A DNA stretch of 64,000 nt, taken from the NCBI GenBank assembly GCA_010909165.1, contig MU008192.1, positions 434,001 to 498,000 of the forward strand, written 5' to 3'. The DNA is from Anthoceros angustus (lineage: Eukaryota; Plantae; Anthocerotophyta). Of the stretch, positions 10,769 through 22,660 are shown one piece after another (the first letter of the stretch is position 1; every line of letters begins with the position of its first letter). Below the pieces are notes generated by a model that saw only the letters and a list, made by a program, of their open reading frames with translations, had not been told where the DNA came from and did not search any database. Made by a program: the position numbers and the translations under genes.

Positions 10769-13546
10769 TTAGAAGGTGCCACTGATAGCAAGAGCCCTGG
10801 GTTTGCTGAACTGCCGCCTTTCCCACAGTGCTGACTGCCGAGCTAGGCTGTTGCCTCCCAGGAGAACACATTGCAAACTGTCAGTCCCTTCATCCTGGTT
10901 TTGTGCAGATGAGTCCACACAGTGCGACATGTCTTCCTCTGAGACATCGTTTAGAAGGAGATGGCCTGAATGGAGTCCTGCTGGTTCCTGGTGGACGGGG
11001 CTCTCCCCACCTCTGTCTCGATCAGTTTCAGACACTTCTGGCTCGTTTGTGCCCTGTTCTGGCACACCTCCCAGGTGCGACCCGAACCTGTCGAAAGACG
11101 TCTTCCTACACCTGCTGAGACAGACATCTCTGTTGGGTTCTTGAAGTGCAGAACTGTTCTCCCCGGCAGCCTTCGATCTGTACAAGCCGAGAAGGGCTTT
11201 CCATCGTCCGTGCTTTACCTGTGGCACCAAGGGCACGGGAGCTTGTGGGGCCTGAGGACCTGAGAATGGGGCTTTTGGCTGTGCCCGGGCCTTCCTTGTA
11301 CCGGAGACTGCAGCAGACGAAGTATGGTGCAGTGAATTGGATGCTTCCGGTTTCTCAGAGACATCCGACCTCACATCACCTTCCCTGCTGCAGCGCGGCG
11401 CTCTTGCCCGCACCCTGCCAATGCAAGTGACCTCCGGAGATGTTGGTTCTTCTCTGCCGTTGTTGTTTTCCTCTGTTCCAGATTCGGTGGACACATCTGT
11501 GAGAGAGTATAGAGAACCCCAACCGTTCCCACCTCGTCGGTGGTCTCTAACTGGACTCCCAATGCCCCCCAGAAAACCCCATCTCTGGTCGTTAGTTCCT
11601 GCACCACCAAGACCTCGTCCCCTGTCAGCACCAGGACTTCCTACCAGCATTCCAGACCATCGTTCTCTCTCGTGAAGTGGACTTTCACCACCTGATCCTG
11701 CGGGTTTCTTCTTCCTCCTTATAGACTGCAAGACCCCAAAATGTCTTGCCTTGTTTTTTGTTTTCTCAGCCTTGGCCTCTCCGCCCAAGTTAGCAGGCCC
11801 AAGCCGATCCTCGAAACTGTGCTGCAAGGCTCCTCTTCCGGGGCTTACGAACCCAAAGAATCGTCCCTGAGTCTTCTCATTACCACTTCCTTGTGTGGAT
11901 CGATGCCTACCCACCGACGTCGCTCTGTGCAGAGTTCGAGCAGGCGTGGCCAAGAGCCCCGCGAAATATCTGCTTTTGCTCCTGGAGGTTCCAACAGAAT
12001 CAGAAGGCGCATCGAACACAGCTGGACTGGAATTAGCGCTTCTCACCCTTCTGCCTTGAGCATCACGGACGTCGTCGTCTCTCACCCGTTCCCCACTACC
12101 CAGCTCAGGTTTGCCATCTGAGATACCTCTTGAACCAAAGCTTACGTCCCTGCTTGGGCGAGTGGACTCCTGCCCCCATGTTGCAGCCAAGTACTCCCTC
12201 ATGTGGCCACTGAAGACCTTGCTGCCATCATTGAAGTAGCCACTGTCGAACATTGCACTGTCATAAGTCTGAGAATCAAAGTCATTCCCAGTGCTACTGG
12301 ACCTATCACTGGCCTTCTGCCGACTCTTGCTCCGAGCCTTGGATGAGAAGGCCTTCTTCAGAAACGTCAGCAGGTTAGGGCCCTTGAACTGGAAGTGATA
12401 CTGCTGCCGCTTGGTACCTTCAGAGGTGTCGGTCAGGACGGTATCCTGTGTCCCTAGCTTGGAGCTCAAGGTCTCACATATCACTCTCGCATGGTCCCTG
12501 CTACTGCACTTCATCAGCACAATTGGCCCCGTCTCACTGTCATCCATCACCCTCACTTGCAACCTAGGAAGGTTTGAATCGGTCAGAGCCGGATCCTCAA
12601 GATCTTCCATCAGCCTAGCCACCTTCTCTGCCAACTTGTAGTGGCTTGCTGATCCGTCCTTGGAAGAGCCCTTGTTGAAAGCCTTACTCGGCACCTGAAT
12701 TGAGTCCTCCTCAGGATAGGCAAGCAGCTCGGAAGAAGACATCCGTTCTCCCTCCCGACCGTCGTTGCTTCCATCACCGGTGGGCCCCTTCATCGAGGTC
12801 GCCGACTCCACAACGTAGATATCCTTCACTGCGACATTGGACTCCTCACCAGCAGCCGACGGCAAGGCCCTGCTGTCGCTCACACAAACGTTGTTCGAAC
12901 AGTCAGCTCCGCCATACCCTGCAACCGGGCCCTCCGTCCCTCCGACCTGCGCTGCATCAGGACGGGCAGTGAGCTCGAGAGGAGGTGACCCAGACACGAT
13001 CACAACCGCCTCCTCCTCGCTCTCCGTCTCCTGCACTTTCACCCGCTCCGCACCACGGTTGCCCAATTTCCCCCGCTGCTCGCCTCCATCCGCAGCCCGC
13101 CTGCCCTCCAGCGCAGCCTTCCTCTCCGTCCTCCTCACGTGCGCTTCAAGCTTGAATCGAAGCAAGGCAAGAGCCTCCTTCCTCCTCTCGTTCTCATCCC
13201 TCACCCGGGGCCTCTCCTTCCCGATCTCCTCCCTCTTCCGCTCCACGTCCTCCCTCCTAATGCTGCTAAGATCTCTATCCATCTTCATCCTCCCGTCCAT
13301 GACTCTCGTGCTGCGATCAGAGCCCACAATCTGGTCTCGAACATCCCTCTTCTGCAAATTTGGCTTCAGAACTTCAAGCATGACAGCCGAACCCGCGTCC
13401 CTCACAGCCTTCCCAGCATCCCTCCCCGGAGGCCTTGACGTCCCAGACCTGCTCCTCTCCATACCTCCATCCCGCACCCCACCTTCTCCAGCTTGCTTAG
13501 GGGCAGCCAACGGCTGCCGCTCCCCGTCCACCCTCACAGCCGTCAT
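10769..13546 (-). CDS. Large low-complexity protein (~925 aa) with EPTSPEVTCIGRVR and C-terminal LWERR motifs (syringolide-induced 14-1-1-like motif family)
   Basis: Uninterrupted 2.9-kb ORF with first in-frame ATG at 13546. EPxSPxVTCIGxVR is characteristic of that plant family of unknown function. Confidence 0.8.
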   Translation of the reverse strand: MTAVRVDGERQPLAAPKQAGEGGVRDGGMERSRSGTSRPPGRDAGKAVRDAGSAVMLEVLKPNLQKRDVRDQIVGSDRSTRVMDGRMKMDRDLSSIRREDVERKREEIGKERPRVRDENERRKEALALLRFKLEAHVRRTERKAALEGRRAADGGEQRGKLGNRGAERVKVQETESEEEAVVIVSGSPPLELTARPDAAQVGGTEGPVAGYGGADCSNNVCVSDSRALPSAAGEESNVAVKDIYVVESATSMKGPTGDGSNDGREGERMSSSELLAYPEEDSIQVPSKAFNKGSSKDGSASHYKLAEKVARLMEDLEDPALTDSNLPRLQVRVMDDSETGPIVLMKCSSRDHARVICETLSSKLGTQDTVLTDTSEGTKRQQYHFQFKGPNLLTFLKKAFSSKARSKSRQKASDRSSSTGNDFDSQTYDSAMFDSGYFNDGSKVFSGHMREYLAATWGQESTRPSRDVSFGSRGISDGKPELGSGERVRDDDVRDAQGRRVRSANSSPAVFDAPSDSVGTSRSKSRYFAGLLATPARTLHRATSVGRHRSTQGSGNEKTQGRFFGFVSPGRGALQHSFEDRLGPANLGGEAKAEKTKNKARHFGVLQSIRRKKKPAGSGGESPLHERERWSGMLVGSPGADRGRGLGGAGTNDQRWGFLGGIGSPVRDHRRGGNGWGSLYSLTDVSTESGTEENNNGREEPTSPEVTCIGRVRARAPRCSREGDVRSDVSEKPEASNSLHHTSSAAVSGTRKARAQPKAPFSGPQAPQAPVPLVPQVKHGRWKALLGLYRSKAAGENSSALQEPNRDVCLSRCRKTSFDRFGSHLGGVPEQGTNEPEVSETDRDRGGESPVHQEPAGLHSGHLLLNDVSEEDMSHCVDSSAQNQDEGTDSLQCVLLGGNSLARQSALWERRQFSKPRALAISGTF

Positions 13547-16107
13547 GATCTCTCTCTCCAACACCCACAAAAGCCTCTCACCCTCCCCTGCTACGAAATT
13601 CCTCTCAACACCTCCCTCCCATCCCAAACACACACCGACCCGACATCCCTCATCCTGCCTCCCAACGCCCCCTCCCCACACCACACAAGAAACCTCCCAG
13701 CCCCGGCTGCAGCGGTCAGAAAATCTGAGGCCTCAGAGACCAAATTGGCTGTCTCGAATTCTGCATATCTGCAAGGGCAGCAACACCACCTTCCCTCACC
13801 CTGACCTGATCCAACTAGCCTGAAGCAGCGACATAACTACCACTCAGACCTCAAACCAAATCGCCCGAATCACCATCTCCGGCACAAAGGACAGCAGGAC
13901 CACCGTACGAGTAGAAGTGAAAGAAGAAGAGCAGCCCTGTCCTGCCCTGCTGCCTGCCTGCCTGCCTGCCTGCCCTGTCCTTCACTGAAAGCTGAAGAGG
14001 CCGTGATTGCCTGAGCTCGGAGACGGGGCTGGAAACGCCAAGGCATTTAAAGCTTCTCCGGTCGGTCGTAGATCGGATTGCCTTGAGCCGTGGTCAGCAG
14101 GGTCGTGCGCGGATGCTGCTGTGCAACACGCTACAGACTACAGTGCAGCAACGAGCACAAATGTAAACATTACACACATTCCTTTTCTGCACCTACGGCT
14201 ACACCTCGTGGCCTTCACCTGCTCCAGCCCATGCAGCCGGAACTGAGCCTTCGTCAGTCAAACAGCGTATGACAGACTACTGGGGAATCGGCATGCGCCA
14301 GGCGGGGTGAAAACGAAACCGGAAACCCGAAACCCGAAACTCAAACCTAATCCACTACCTTGAATCAAACATTTAACTATTAGCAATTGCTATTTTTGAC
14401 GGCCCTGGCCAGCTTCCGGGATTCGAGCTCGGGATCTGCGCTTCCCAGGCGTCGCTTTTATCTGGGAAGCCTGCTTTTAGGAGGGAGACCATCTGTCCTG
14501 TATCGCTCGTCCTTGCCGAAGCGCGGTAACTATTCATATCAACAACATCCACATCGGTAAAACTGTACATACATACATACAGTATCCCTTCTCGCTCAGG
14601 TGCACGCCCGAGCAGCGCGCACAGCCGGGCAGGCGTCGGTCGTGCGACGGCGACCTGCGGTCAGGGCAGCACGTCGCGGTCGCGACCCGGTCACGGGAGG
14701 CGGAGGTAGGTGAGCAGGAATCGGGAAGCCAGACGCACCGTTGGCCCAATGCCAAGAGAGAGAGTAGTCGCTGCGCGCGACTTGACCTGACCGACTCTGC
14801 CAGTGGCCAGTGGCCAGTTGCGGGCCGCCCGGCCCACAGAGTATGTACGAATCACGATACGCAGGCCCCAAAGCTGTCCCAAAGGCCAGGCCGCCACAGT
14901 CCAAAAAGGGCTCTGGGACCGGGGCCAGCGGGCGCCGTCCTTTTCACCCAACCCACTTCCCATTTAATAACGCCCCACCGTCCGCCGGTCCGCGGCCGAC
15001 CCCTTGCTTTGATTAAATGCGTTTGAATTACGCGTGTATTTATGTGTGAAGAACCATAAACGGACGCCCAGGATTCCAGGACGGCGTTCCGCCTCGGTCC
15101 TCGGTAGGGAGCGCGGGAAACATGTAACGCGTTCCCCATTCTTCTTGCTTCTCATCGACTTGCTCCCATGCAGATCTTTCCATCAGCGGTCACTAAATCG
15201 TTGCGCGCACGAAGATATGTGCCCAGCTTTCCCTAAAATCTCACGCACTCTCTCCTGTCCCGGCCTCTTGTGGCTCCACGTAAGGTATTGTAGCCTTCGG
15301 TGAATCGAATCCACGTAAGGTCCGCTTTTGCAGTGTCCAAAAGGGCTGTGTCAGCATGCAAGACTTCGACCCCAGTTTCGATCGACCGATGATTTTATAA
15401 GGCCATGAAACTGGGCGCTGAGCGAAGTGTTTACGTTTAGCACTGGATGCTGGTTGCTGGAGCAGGAAGCGCCAATTGGAGCGCACAATTGAGGCAGGGG
15501 TGGGAGTACAGAATTGTATTAAATGCGGGGCTACGGACAGCGTGGATTTGTGCAGAGCACGAGGCGCTTGTGATAAGGTTGAAGGGTGAAGCCATGGCGC
15601 ATTCATGGCCCGGGCTGGAACTGGGTCCTGGTGTCTTTGCTAGACGTTCGTTGACTCGCTCCTCCATTTGCGGCTTCGGCTTGATTCTTCGACTACACAA
15701 ATATTCCGCGGAAACTAGGAACTCGCTTCATACTGCAAGTGCAGCACATGGTAAAGCAGGATATCAGGATGCATGTTCATTATTCAGGATTCTTGTGACC
15801 AGCATGTTGACACCGTTTTGATCTAAGTATGCGAAAGATTGGTGTAGAATTACTTCTTGTTCTGTTTAGACTTCCCTCTTGTCTCGAGACGCCCGACCGA
15901 CGTGCTTTATGGGTAGATACCAGTCATCAAAAGGAGAACTTGTGAAACCTTTTTATATGAGATGTGAGTATGCCAGATACTTTGGCTCTAGTGCGAAGTT
16001 CCTTTTTCTTCTTTTTTCAAGAAACTAGACTTTATAAGTAGGAAGTTACAAAATGTGTGCAGCACGTGCTGATTTGCAAGAGGGGGCATTATTGGACAAT
16101 TTGAAAG

Positions 16108-16341
16108 ATGGTGTGCCTAAGCTACTTGCACCCACTTCATCTAAGCACCCTTCCTTATCAACTTGTAGCATGGTGTGCCTAAGCTGCTTGCACCCACTTC
16201 CTCTAAGCACCCCAACTTCCTCTAAGCACCCCAACTGGTAACATGGTATGCCTAAGTTAAGTTACTTGCACCCACTTCCTCTAAGCACCCCAACTGAACT
16301 CAGGATGCTTAGTAACGACATTCTTATAAATGTGTGTCCAT
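16108..16341 (+). repeat. Dispersed repeat family copy with internal tandem amplification
   Basis: Three iterations of GGT(G/A)TGCCTAAG..CT(A/G)CTTGCACCCACTTC..CTAAGCACCC, ending TTCTTATAAATGTGTGTCCA as in the other copies. Confidence 0.88.
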
Positions 16342-18060
16342 GTGGCTGCCCACCAACGGGACAGCGAGCAAGGTGGGTCCCAAGTCGTCGAGAGGGGGCC
16401 ACAGTTGCAAGCCTGGAGAGAGCACGCCAGAGGCTGGACCAGGCATCGCAGTAGATAGAGAAAGAGGCTGGTGCGATTCGGAAAGCTTGGATGTAAGGCC
16501 GAGCCAAAAGCCATGAACCTGCTCCTTTCCTCGAGCAAGATGAAAACGGGCTCGAGCAGTCATAGGGGGATGGACGAATCCTGAAGAAGAACCAGCTACG
16601 CCTGCCAATATGGCTTCTCCATGAGGGAGGATTGAAGCCCGCGAAACCTAACCTCGGGGAGCGAAGCAAACCCAATATGCGCAAAGAGAGAGCCATATGA
16701 GACATAATAATTTATATGAGACTCATACTCCACAATCCTAAACGCGATTGGGTTGAGGAAAGAAATGCAAAATTTAATCTCCCTTATAATTTGCGCTAAA
16801 TGCATCGATCACGAGTTGAACCCGAATTCTATGCTTGGATGACTGTGTGCTTGGATGACACGAGTTCTACCTGTTGGAACCAGCTATACAGATGGACGGC
16901 TCCTCACCTTTATGCTATCTAAACTATAATCTGTGCGAACTGCGAAGCATCCTTTCCGCCCTCCATCCTCTGTGTGGTCCTTTCTGAGCTAAATAGAATT
17001 CTTTTTCTTCTTGTGTTGGGCGCAGCAATGGGAGGCAGCACAAAGGGCGTACCTTCCCCAACGACACACAAAGCGAAAACGCCACGGAATGTGCGTCCTT
17101 AGGGGAGTCATTGCGTATAAGGGTCATGCGTGTGGGGTTTCTCATGAACCAGCCTTTGGCCGACGGGGGTCCCGCGTCCTTAGAAACCATGTAGAGCTGG
17201 CAATCTTGGCCGCAATTGACCGATGGGTTTCTTGACAAGAGCCTGTTGCGAGCGTGTGGTACTGGAGTCCTCTGCAGGGTAACTCATAAGGTACGTCATC
17301 CTGTCAAGAAGCCGGACCGGCCAGCCAGCCAATCGAGGGCAAGGCAACTATGTAGGCACAGGCTCCTGAAAACTCTCATCAGGGCCCCCTCAGACTTCGT
17401 GTTGCTACTTGTCCATTGTGGGTATAAAGTGGTGGATTCCATGAATCCATGGAAGGTTTCAACTATCTATGCGGATTCTAAAAGCTTGAGCTCAAGATCA
17501 GGGAGTGCACGCCTCCTTGTCCTGCTTTTGTGTCGTAAATCTTTTACCACCCAAAGAGATGTGGCAACAGGAAAGAGGACTTTTGGGTACCACTGTAAGC
17601 ATCTGTTACGGTAGACTTCTCAAATCGCATGCTTAGCATCGTCAGTTCAGGAAACTTGCGAACTGGCCAATGGTATGGGTAGGTCAAATATGGGCCTTCT
17701 TGGTGGGTGCTAGGCAAAAATGCACACAAATCGATGGCGGATTCTACAAAGCTCAAACAACCATCAACGGCCGAACGCAGGCTTCATATGAAGTTGGCAC
17801 GGGTAGCAGGTAAGGAGATGGTAAGGAACGGCAACTTCCCTATCAAACCTCACGAGGCACCATTCTTCACTGTTCCCATACACAGGAAGACAAATCAATA
17901 TTTGGGTGGCTCGTCTCCATCGTCTTCACCTCGGTTGCGCACTTCCGGGACCCGCAGGTGCATTTCTTCGTGCTGTGGAAATACCATTTCCCGCGATAAG
18001 CTAGGCTTGACAGTTTTACACTCGCCTGCAGAACACTCACTGAACAGTAGGTTGTGAGGT

Positions 18061-18540
18061 ATGATCACCTCCCAGGTCCCAGTGAAGGAGGAACTAGAAG
18101 CTTCAAAACATGAAGGACGTCCCATCACGAAAGACGAATTGAGGAAGAGTGCTATTACCTGGACAGGCCACGAGGAGAGCTTAAAGATGGCAGCAGCTCT
18201 CATGGAAGAATTCCAGCTCCCCGGAGGCCTCTTGCCTTTGCAGGAAGTGGTGGAGCTTGGCTTCGAAAGGGCCACAGGCTACTTCTGGATTGTGCAGAAA
18301 AAAAGAGTTGAGCATCATTTTAAGGTTATTGGAAAGCTCGTGGCTTACGCCCCTGACATCAGTGGCTTTCTGGAAAAGCATCGCATCAAGAAAGTGTCTG
18401 GTGTCAAAGGCAAGGAGTTTCTGATCTGGGTACCTGTTGGAGACATCTCGCTGGATCCACCCTCAGGGAAGATCCACTTCAAGAGTCTTGCAGGTATCAC
18501 AAAGACCTTTCCCGTGGAAGCATTTGCTGTGGGACAGTGA
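18061..18540 (+). CDS. DUF538 family protein
   Basis: Intronless 159 aa: LMEEFQLPGGLLPL..GYFWIVQKK..YAPDISGFLEKHRIKKVSGVKGKEFLIWV..F.VEAF, typical of DUF538. Confidence 0.95.
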   Translation: MITSQVPVKEELEASKHEGRPITKDELRKSAITWTGHEESLKMAAALMEEFQLPGGLLPLQEVVELGFERATGYFWIVQKKRVEHHFKVIGKLVAYAPDISGFLEKHRIKKVSGVKGKEFLIWVPVGDISLDPPSGKIHFKSLAGITKTFPVEAFAVGQ

Positions 18541-18893
18541 CACCATGACAGGCTTTCCATCCATAGCAGTTCACGAGAAAGAGCCCTACCTTTGATTTTG
18601 ATGAAAGAATTATAGATGCACTTCCAACAGCAAAACTTGGTCTGATTCTGTTGGACGCCAGCAGCGAGGACATCTGAACCACTAAGTTGAAGTAATGTCA
18701 ATCTGAACTTGCAAGCAATGGATGAGGTGAATTTCCCTCGTTCCTAATAAATATTTTCTACACTAGTCTAAGCAAGATAGCGACACAGTCCCTTTTTCAC
18801 ACATTGCAACGGACTCTTTGTCGTCTTCTTCTCAACATGGAAAGCAGACGAGCTCCAACCCTTTCAATTCACCACTCGGCGTGCACAGGAGCA

Positions 18894-20673
18894 TTAGCAT
18901 ATAAATATACGGCGGTCAGGCACGGCATCCACAAGATTGAAATAGTTGACATCAGCCACCACGTTACCAAAATCATCTGTTGCACCCATTGCAAACCTTC
19001 AGTCGGAATCAGAACAATCTGGCAGACGAAGCTGATTCAGCCCTAGGCATAAAACACTCACACTCAGATATTGTCCGCACAAGGTCCAGATATTCAGGAA
19101 TAAGCTCCTTAAACAGTACACCCGCAGGATTCGCGTCTAGTATAAACAGAGCACCTGCATGCCAGTTTGAGAGCAAGGGGTAATGGAAAGACAGAAAGTA
19201 CAACAAGCATGACAGTTTCATACAAAGTTCTTATCAATACCTGGAGCAAGCCACTGTGCTGAGCCGGTTGCATTCGAAAAGCCAGGATAGGGAGCTAACC
19301 ACAGAATATTTCGAAGATCCATACTCTCATCAAAAGCCACAGTTGACCCTGATTCAGAGTAGCTAGTCAGAACTCCAGTGCAGCCTGACTTCGGGGTATC
19401 AATGACGACAAGCAGACAAAAAATAGTTCGATGCTCAAACTCAACTGCACATAGATTGCCTAACATGATAGAGCTAAATGCTCATACCTGTTTGGCAATA
19501 CCCAAGGTTGTAGGGAAAGTTCTTCTGATCTAAGGCTGGATATTCACGGGCATGAAACCTGCACAAGAATAGGTCTAGATTCATGTCAACCAGCTGTTCC
19601 GAAGAGCCTTCCGAAAAGCCTGCTTATTTCACAAGGCACTTACAGAATTCCCAGTCTTCCAGTGTCAAAAGCAAGAAAAACATGACCATGAAAAAGGTCA
19701 AAACGGCTTAATGATACATTGAAGCCGGCAGCTGGTGCAAGCACATTGATGGCCTGGAAGAGCGTTGCCATGTATGCATTCAGCTCCTGCAATGGTGAAG
19801 GAATCCCATGAGGTTCTTCTCACGGCTCAAAGGCTGCGAGCACCCAGAAAGGAGGAAATGCATAAAACTTACACTTTCATAAAACCTCAGGCCGTAGTCA
19901 TACTTGGTCAGCGAGCAACGGTTTGCGTACGATCCTTGTACATCTGGGATCTGCAAAGGAGATCATAGAGCCGCAAAGTCGGAAGTCAGGAGACCTAACT
20001 TGGGCTTCCCAAGCTTGCCAGATAGTGAGAAATCACTGGGAGCAGAAGTCACCGGAGGAGAGGATATTGCAGTGACAGTCTGTCAGGGAGAGGCACAAAC
20101 ATCAATTTTTTCAGGACTGAGAGCGGTCATAAAGGCTGATGGATCTCCTCCGAATTGCACTACTCTCCTGGCCAAGTCCATCACAGCTCTCGGAGGCCAT
20201 CGAATAAGGCGTTCCAGAACCCGATGAGATCCCTGTCTGGCCCTCATGGTGCCATAATGTTTTCCTACAGGATCCTTGAGTTTAGTCCACGGCAGATCCA
20301 ACCCATCTTCGTCAACGAACTCTGTCATAACCCGTCGTTGCAACGGGACGAGCAGACGGACACAGGATAACAGGTCCAAAGACCTTGAACTGTCTACAGA
20401 AGCTGCCAATTCTGCTCCGCTGAACAAAGCAATCAACTGGGATGTGCATTTTCTAGCAACCTCAGATTGCTGTGCAGAAGAAGACAACGTGGCAGAAGAC
20501 TTGGAAGCAGAGTATTGTTGTGCAACCCTTGGCAATCCAGGAATCTTTGGGACAGTGTTTCCTGGCGAGCGGACGGTCTGAAGGCGGGGTAACCATGCTT
20601 TGGTCGCTGCCTGTGCATCAAGAGGCAAACGGCAAGCAAGCAACATCACCAGGAGGATAGAAATCTGATGCAT
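18894..20673 (-). CDS. Conserved uncharacterised plant protein, multi-exon, N-terminal signal/anchor
   Basis: Spliced exons join in frame: MHQISILLVMLL.. ; IPDVQGSYANRCSLTKYDYG ; FDLFHGHVFLAFDTGRLGIL|FHAREYPALDQKNFPYNLGYCQT ; MDLRNILWLAP..WLAPG ; LIPEYLDLVRTI ; DDFGNVVADVN..IFIC*. Junctions are canonical GT-AG. Confidence 0.85.
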
Positions 20674-20834
20674 ATTAGCAACTTCAGCGCATCCCAAGAC
20701 TCTGTGATCTGCGGCGCAGATGCTGGACGGGCTTATCAGTGCTGAGATCGTTTCCACCGATCCCTTTTCACCCAGAAAGCGCACTACTGCTTTTTAGGTT
20801 AGAGGCCATCGTTTCCAGCAAGTGCGTCCAGCCC

Positions 20835-22392
20835 ATGTCCAGAATGACGGAATCCTCGGCTTTGGAGCTGTGCTTGCCATGGCTAACAGCCCAAGAGCTA
20901 GCTTCGGTGGCCTTGGTGAACAAAGCCTTGGCTGCAGCAGTGAGGCAGGTGACTTGGGCACGCTTAGAGGACGTTGCACAGGGCAGAGAGAAATGGAAGG
21001 TTCCCATCCTCAACCAGGTGGATGCGTGTCGCTATCCTTGCTTTCAGTATACAAGACATTCCCTGGTGTTCTCGCCTTCACATCTCGAATCCAGGAATCC
21101 ATGGGGCTCACTGCGAGCTGAGCCATCCAGAGTAGTCTCTGACTCGACTGCTTCATCTCCTGATTGCCATGGAGTCGGCATGCAGAACGAGTCAATGGGG
21201 AAGCTCGCAGAATATTCCAGATCAGCAGAGGCAGATAAACACCGGGAATACGATCTGCTATCCTGCAATGGAGATGCGGTTGGGTGCAATTGCTCAGAAG
21301 ATTGCGCATTGGATCAAAGGAATGATGTGACGCCATTTGCTGGAGGTTTGTGCTTCAAAGGTGCTCTTTGCTTAGTACCAGTTCACTGAACTCGCAGCTC
21401 TGATGTTTACTCTGTAGCTCATGCGTCCTGAGGCCACTGTCTTTGCAGGTAGCTCAAGAGAGGATTTTAGAATCAAGGGGACTGTAAGCGGAAAGAGGAA
21501 GGTGAAAGAGGAGGCAGAAATGAAGAGGGACTACGGGGCTGTGCCCTCCTGTGAAAGTCTCTGTAGATGTGGAAGACTGATCGGAGGCGAACTGGCTTAT
21601 GACAGGAACTCCAGGCTGCGAGTACTAACAGAATCTTTGGAGACAGAAGACCCTTCCGCTAGAAGTAGCCTCCCTGACGAGATTGACAGGGACCTTGATG
21701 AAGATAGTAACGACGGTTCAGAGATTGACGAGGGCCCTCCGTTGGTGATGGAATGTGGAAGTGGTTGCTCTTGCAGATCTTGGTGTGCCCTCAGGGTCTC
21801 GCAACACGGGCTGGCGGTTCGAGTGAGCCTTGTGAGAAGCCTCCTGAAAGGGTGGTGCCTTCATGCAGGCCAGTTTATTGCAGCGGGGTCATTTGTGTGT
21901 GAATATGCAGGTTAGCGCATGTACGTTCTGGTGACAACCTTATGTAGAGTGCTCTGGACTGGAATGATTGTCTCACGAATGGTGCTTTTGGCAGGTGAGC
22001 TGCTGCCCACTAAAGAAGCTAGACAGAGGCAAAAGGTTTATGAAGAAGCTCTGGCACCTGGGAGAAGACGCCATGGCCCTGCTCTCCTGGTACTCAAGGA
22101 GCACTTACCATCAGGTCGGGCTTGTCTGCGGTTGAATGTGGACGGCACGAGTATAGGGAATGTGGCTAGGTTTATCAATCATTCATGTGATGGCGGAAAC
22201 TTATACCCTTGCTTGATTCGGGCTACTGGTTCTTTCATTCCAAAGCTAGGCTTGTTTGCTAGACGAAACATACTGGATGGAGACGAACTATCGTACTGCT
22301 ACGGTGTAGATACGACCGACGGTGCAGCCTGTCGCCTGTGTTTTTGCGGATCTCCTGCTTGCCAGGGAATGCTACCGTCAGAAGCTACCTGA
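20835..22392 (+). CDS. SUVR3: SET-domain histone lysine methyltransferase, SUVR3/SDG20-like
   Basis: Exons 20835-21345, 21449-21910 and 21995-22392. Motifs: LPWLTAQELA, pre-SET Cys clusters, FVCEYAGELL, ALLVLKEHLPSGRACLRLNVD..GNVARFINHSCDGGNL, ELSYCYG and post-SET CFCGSPAC. Confidence 0.92.
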
Positions 22393-22532
22393 TGAAGTCT
22401 TGTGTCTGTTCACAATGCGATGAAGTCGTGACACTAAGACTCGGAAACAAGAGATTTTTCCTCCTGTATTGGCATATGCAGGTGGGTGATTCTATGGAGA
22501 AGCTCAATGTCTCCTAGCCCGAAAACTCACCA

Positions 22533-22660
22533 AAGGTCCCTGCCTGCTCTGGCTTCCAATCTCAGGGAGGCTGCTTGTAGCGGAAGGGTCCTCTGTCGCC
22601 GAAGATTCTGTTATACTCGCAGCCTGGAGTTCCTGTCATAAGCCAGTTCGCCTCCAGTCA
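22533..22660 (-). repeat. Inverted partial copy of SUVR3 exon 2 (matches 21578-21696)
   Basis: The reverse complement reads GGAGGCGAACTGGCTTATGACAGGAACTCCAGGCTGCGAGTA-TAACAGAATCTTCGGCGACAGAGGACCCTTCCGCTACAAGCAGCCTCCCTGA, about 90% identical to the coding exon. Confidence 0.95.

Noticed and set aside
13990-15820. Short ORFs and splice-like signals upstream of the 925-aa gene
   Set aside because: I could not assemble a consistent reading frame; may be UTR or promoter.
16340-17950. Stop-interrupted coiled-coil-like frame (ASLERARQRLDQASQ*IEKE..) and nearby ORFs
   Set aside because: No identifiable family; possibly TE debris or UTR.
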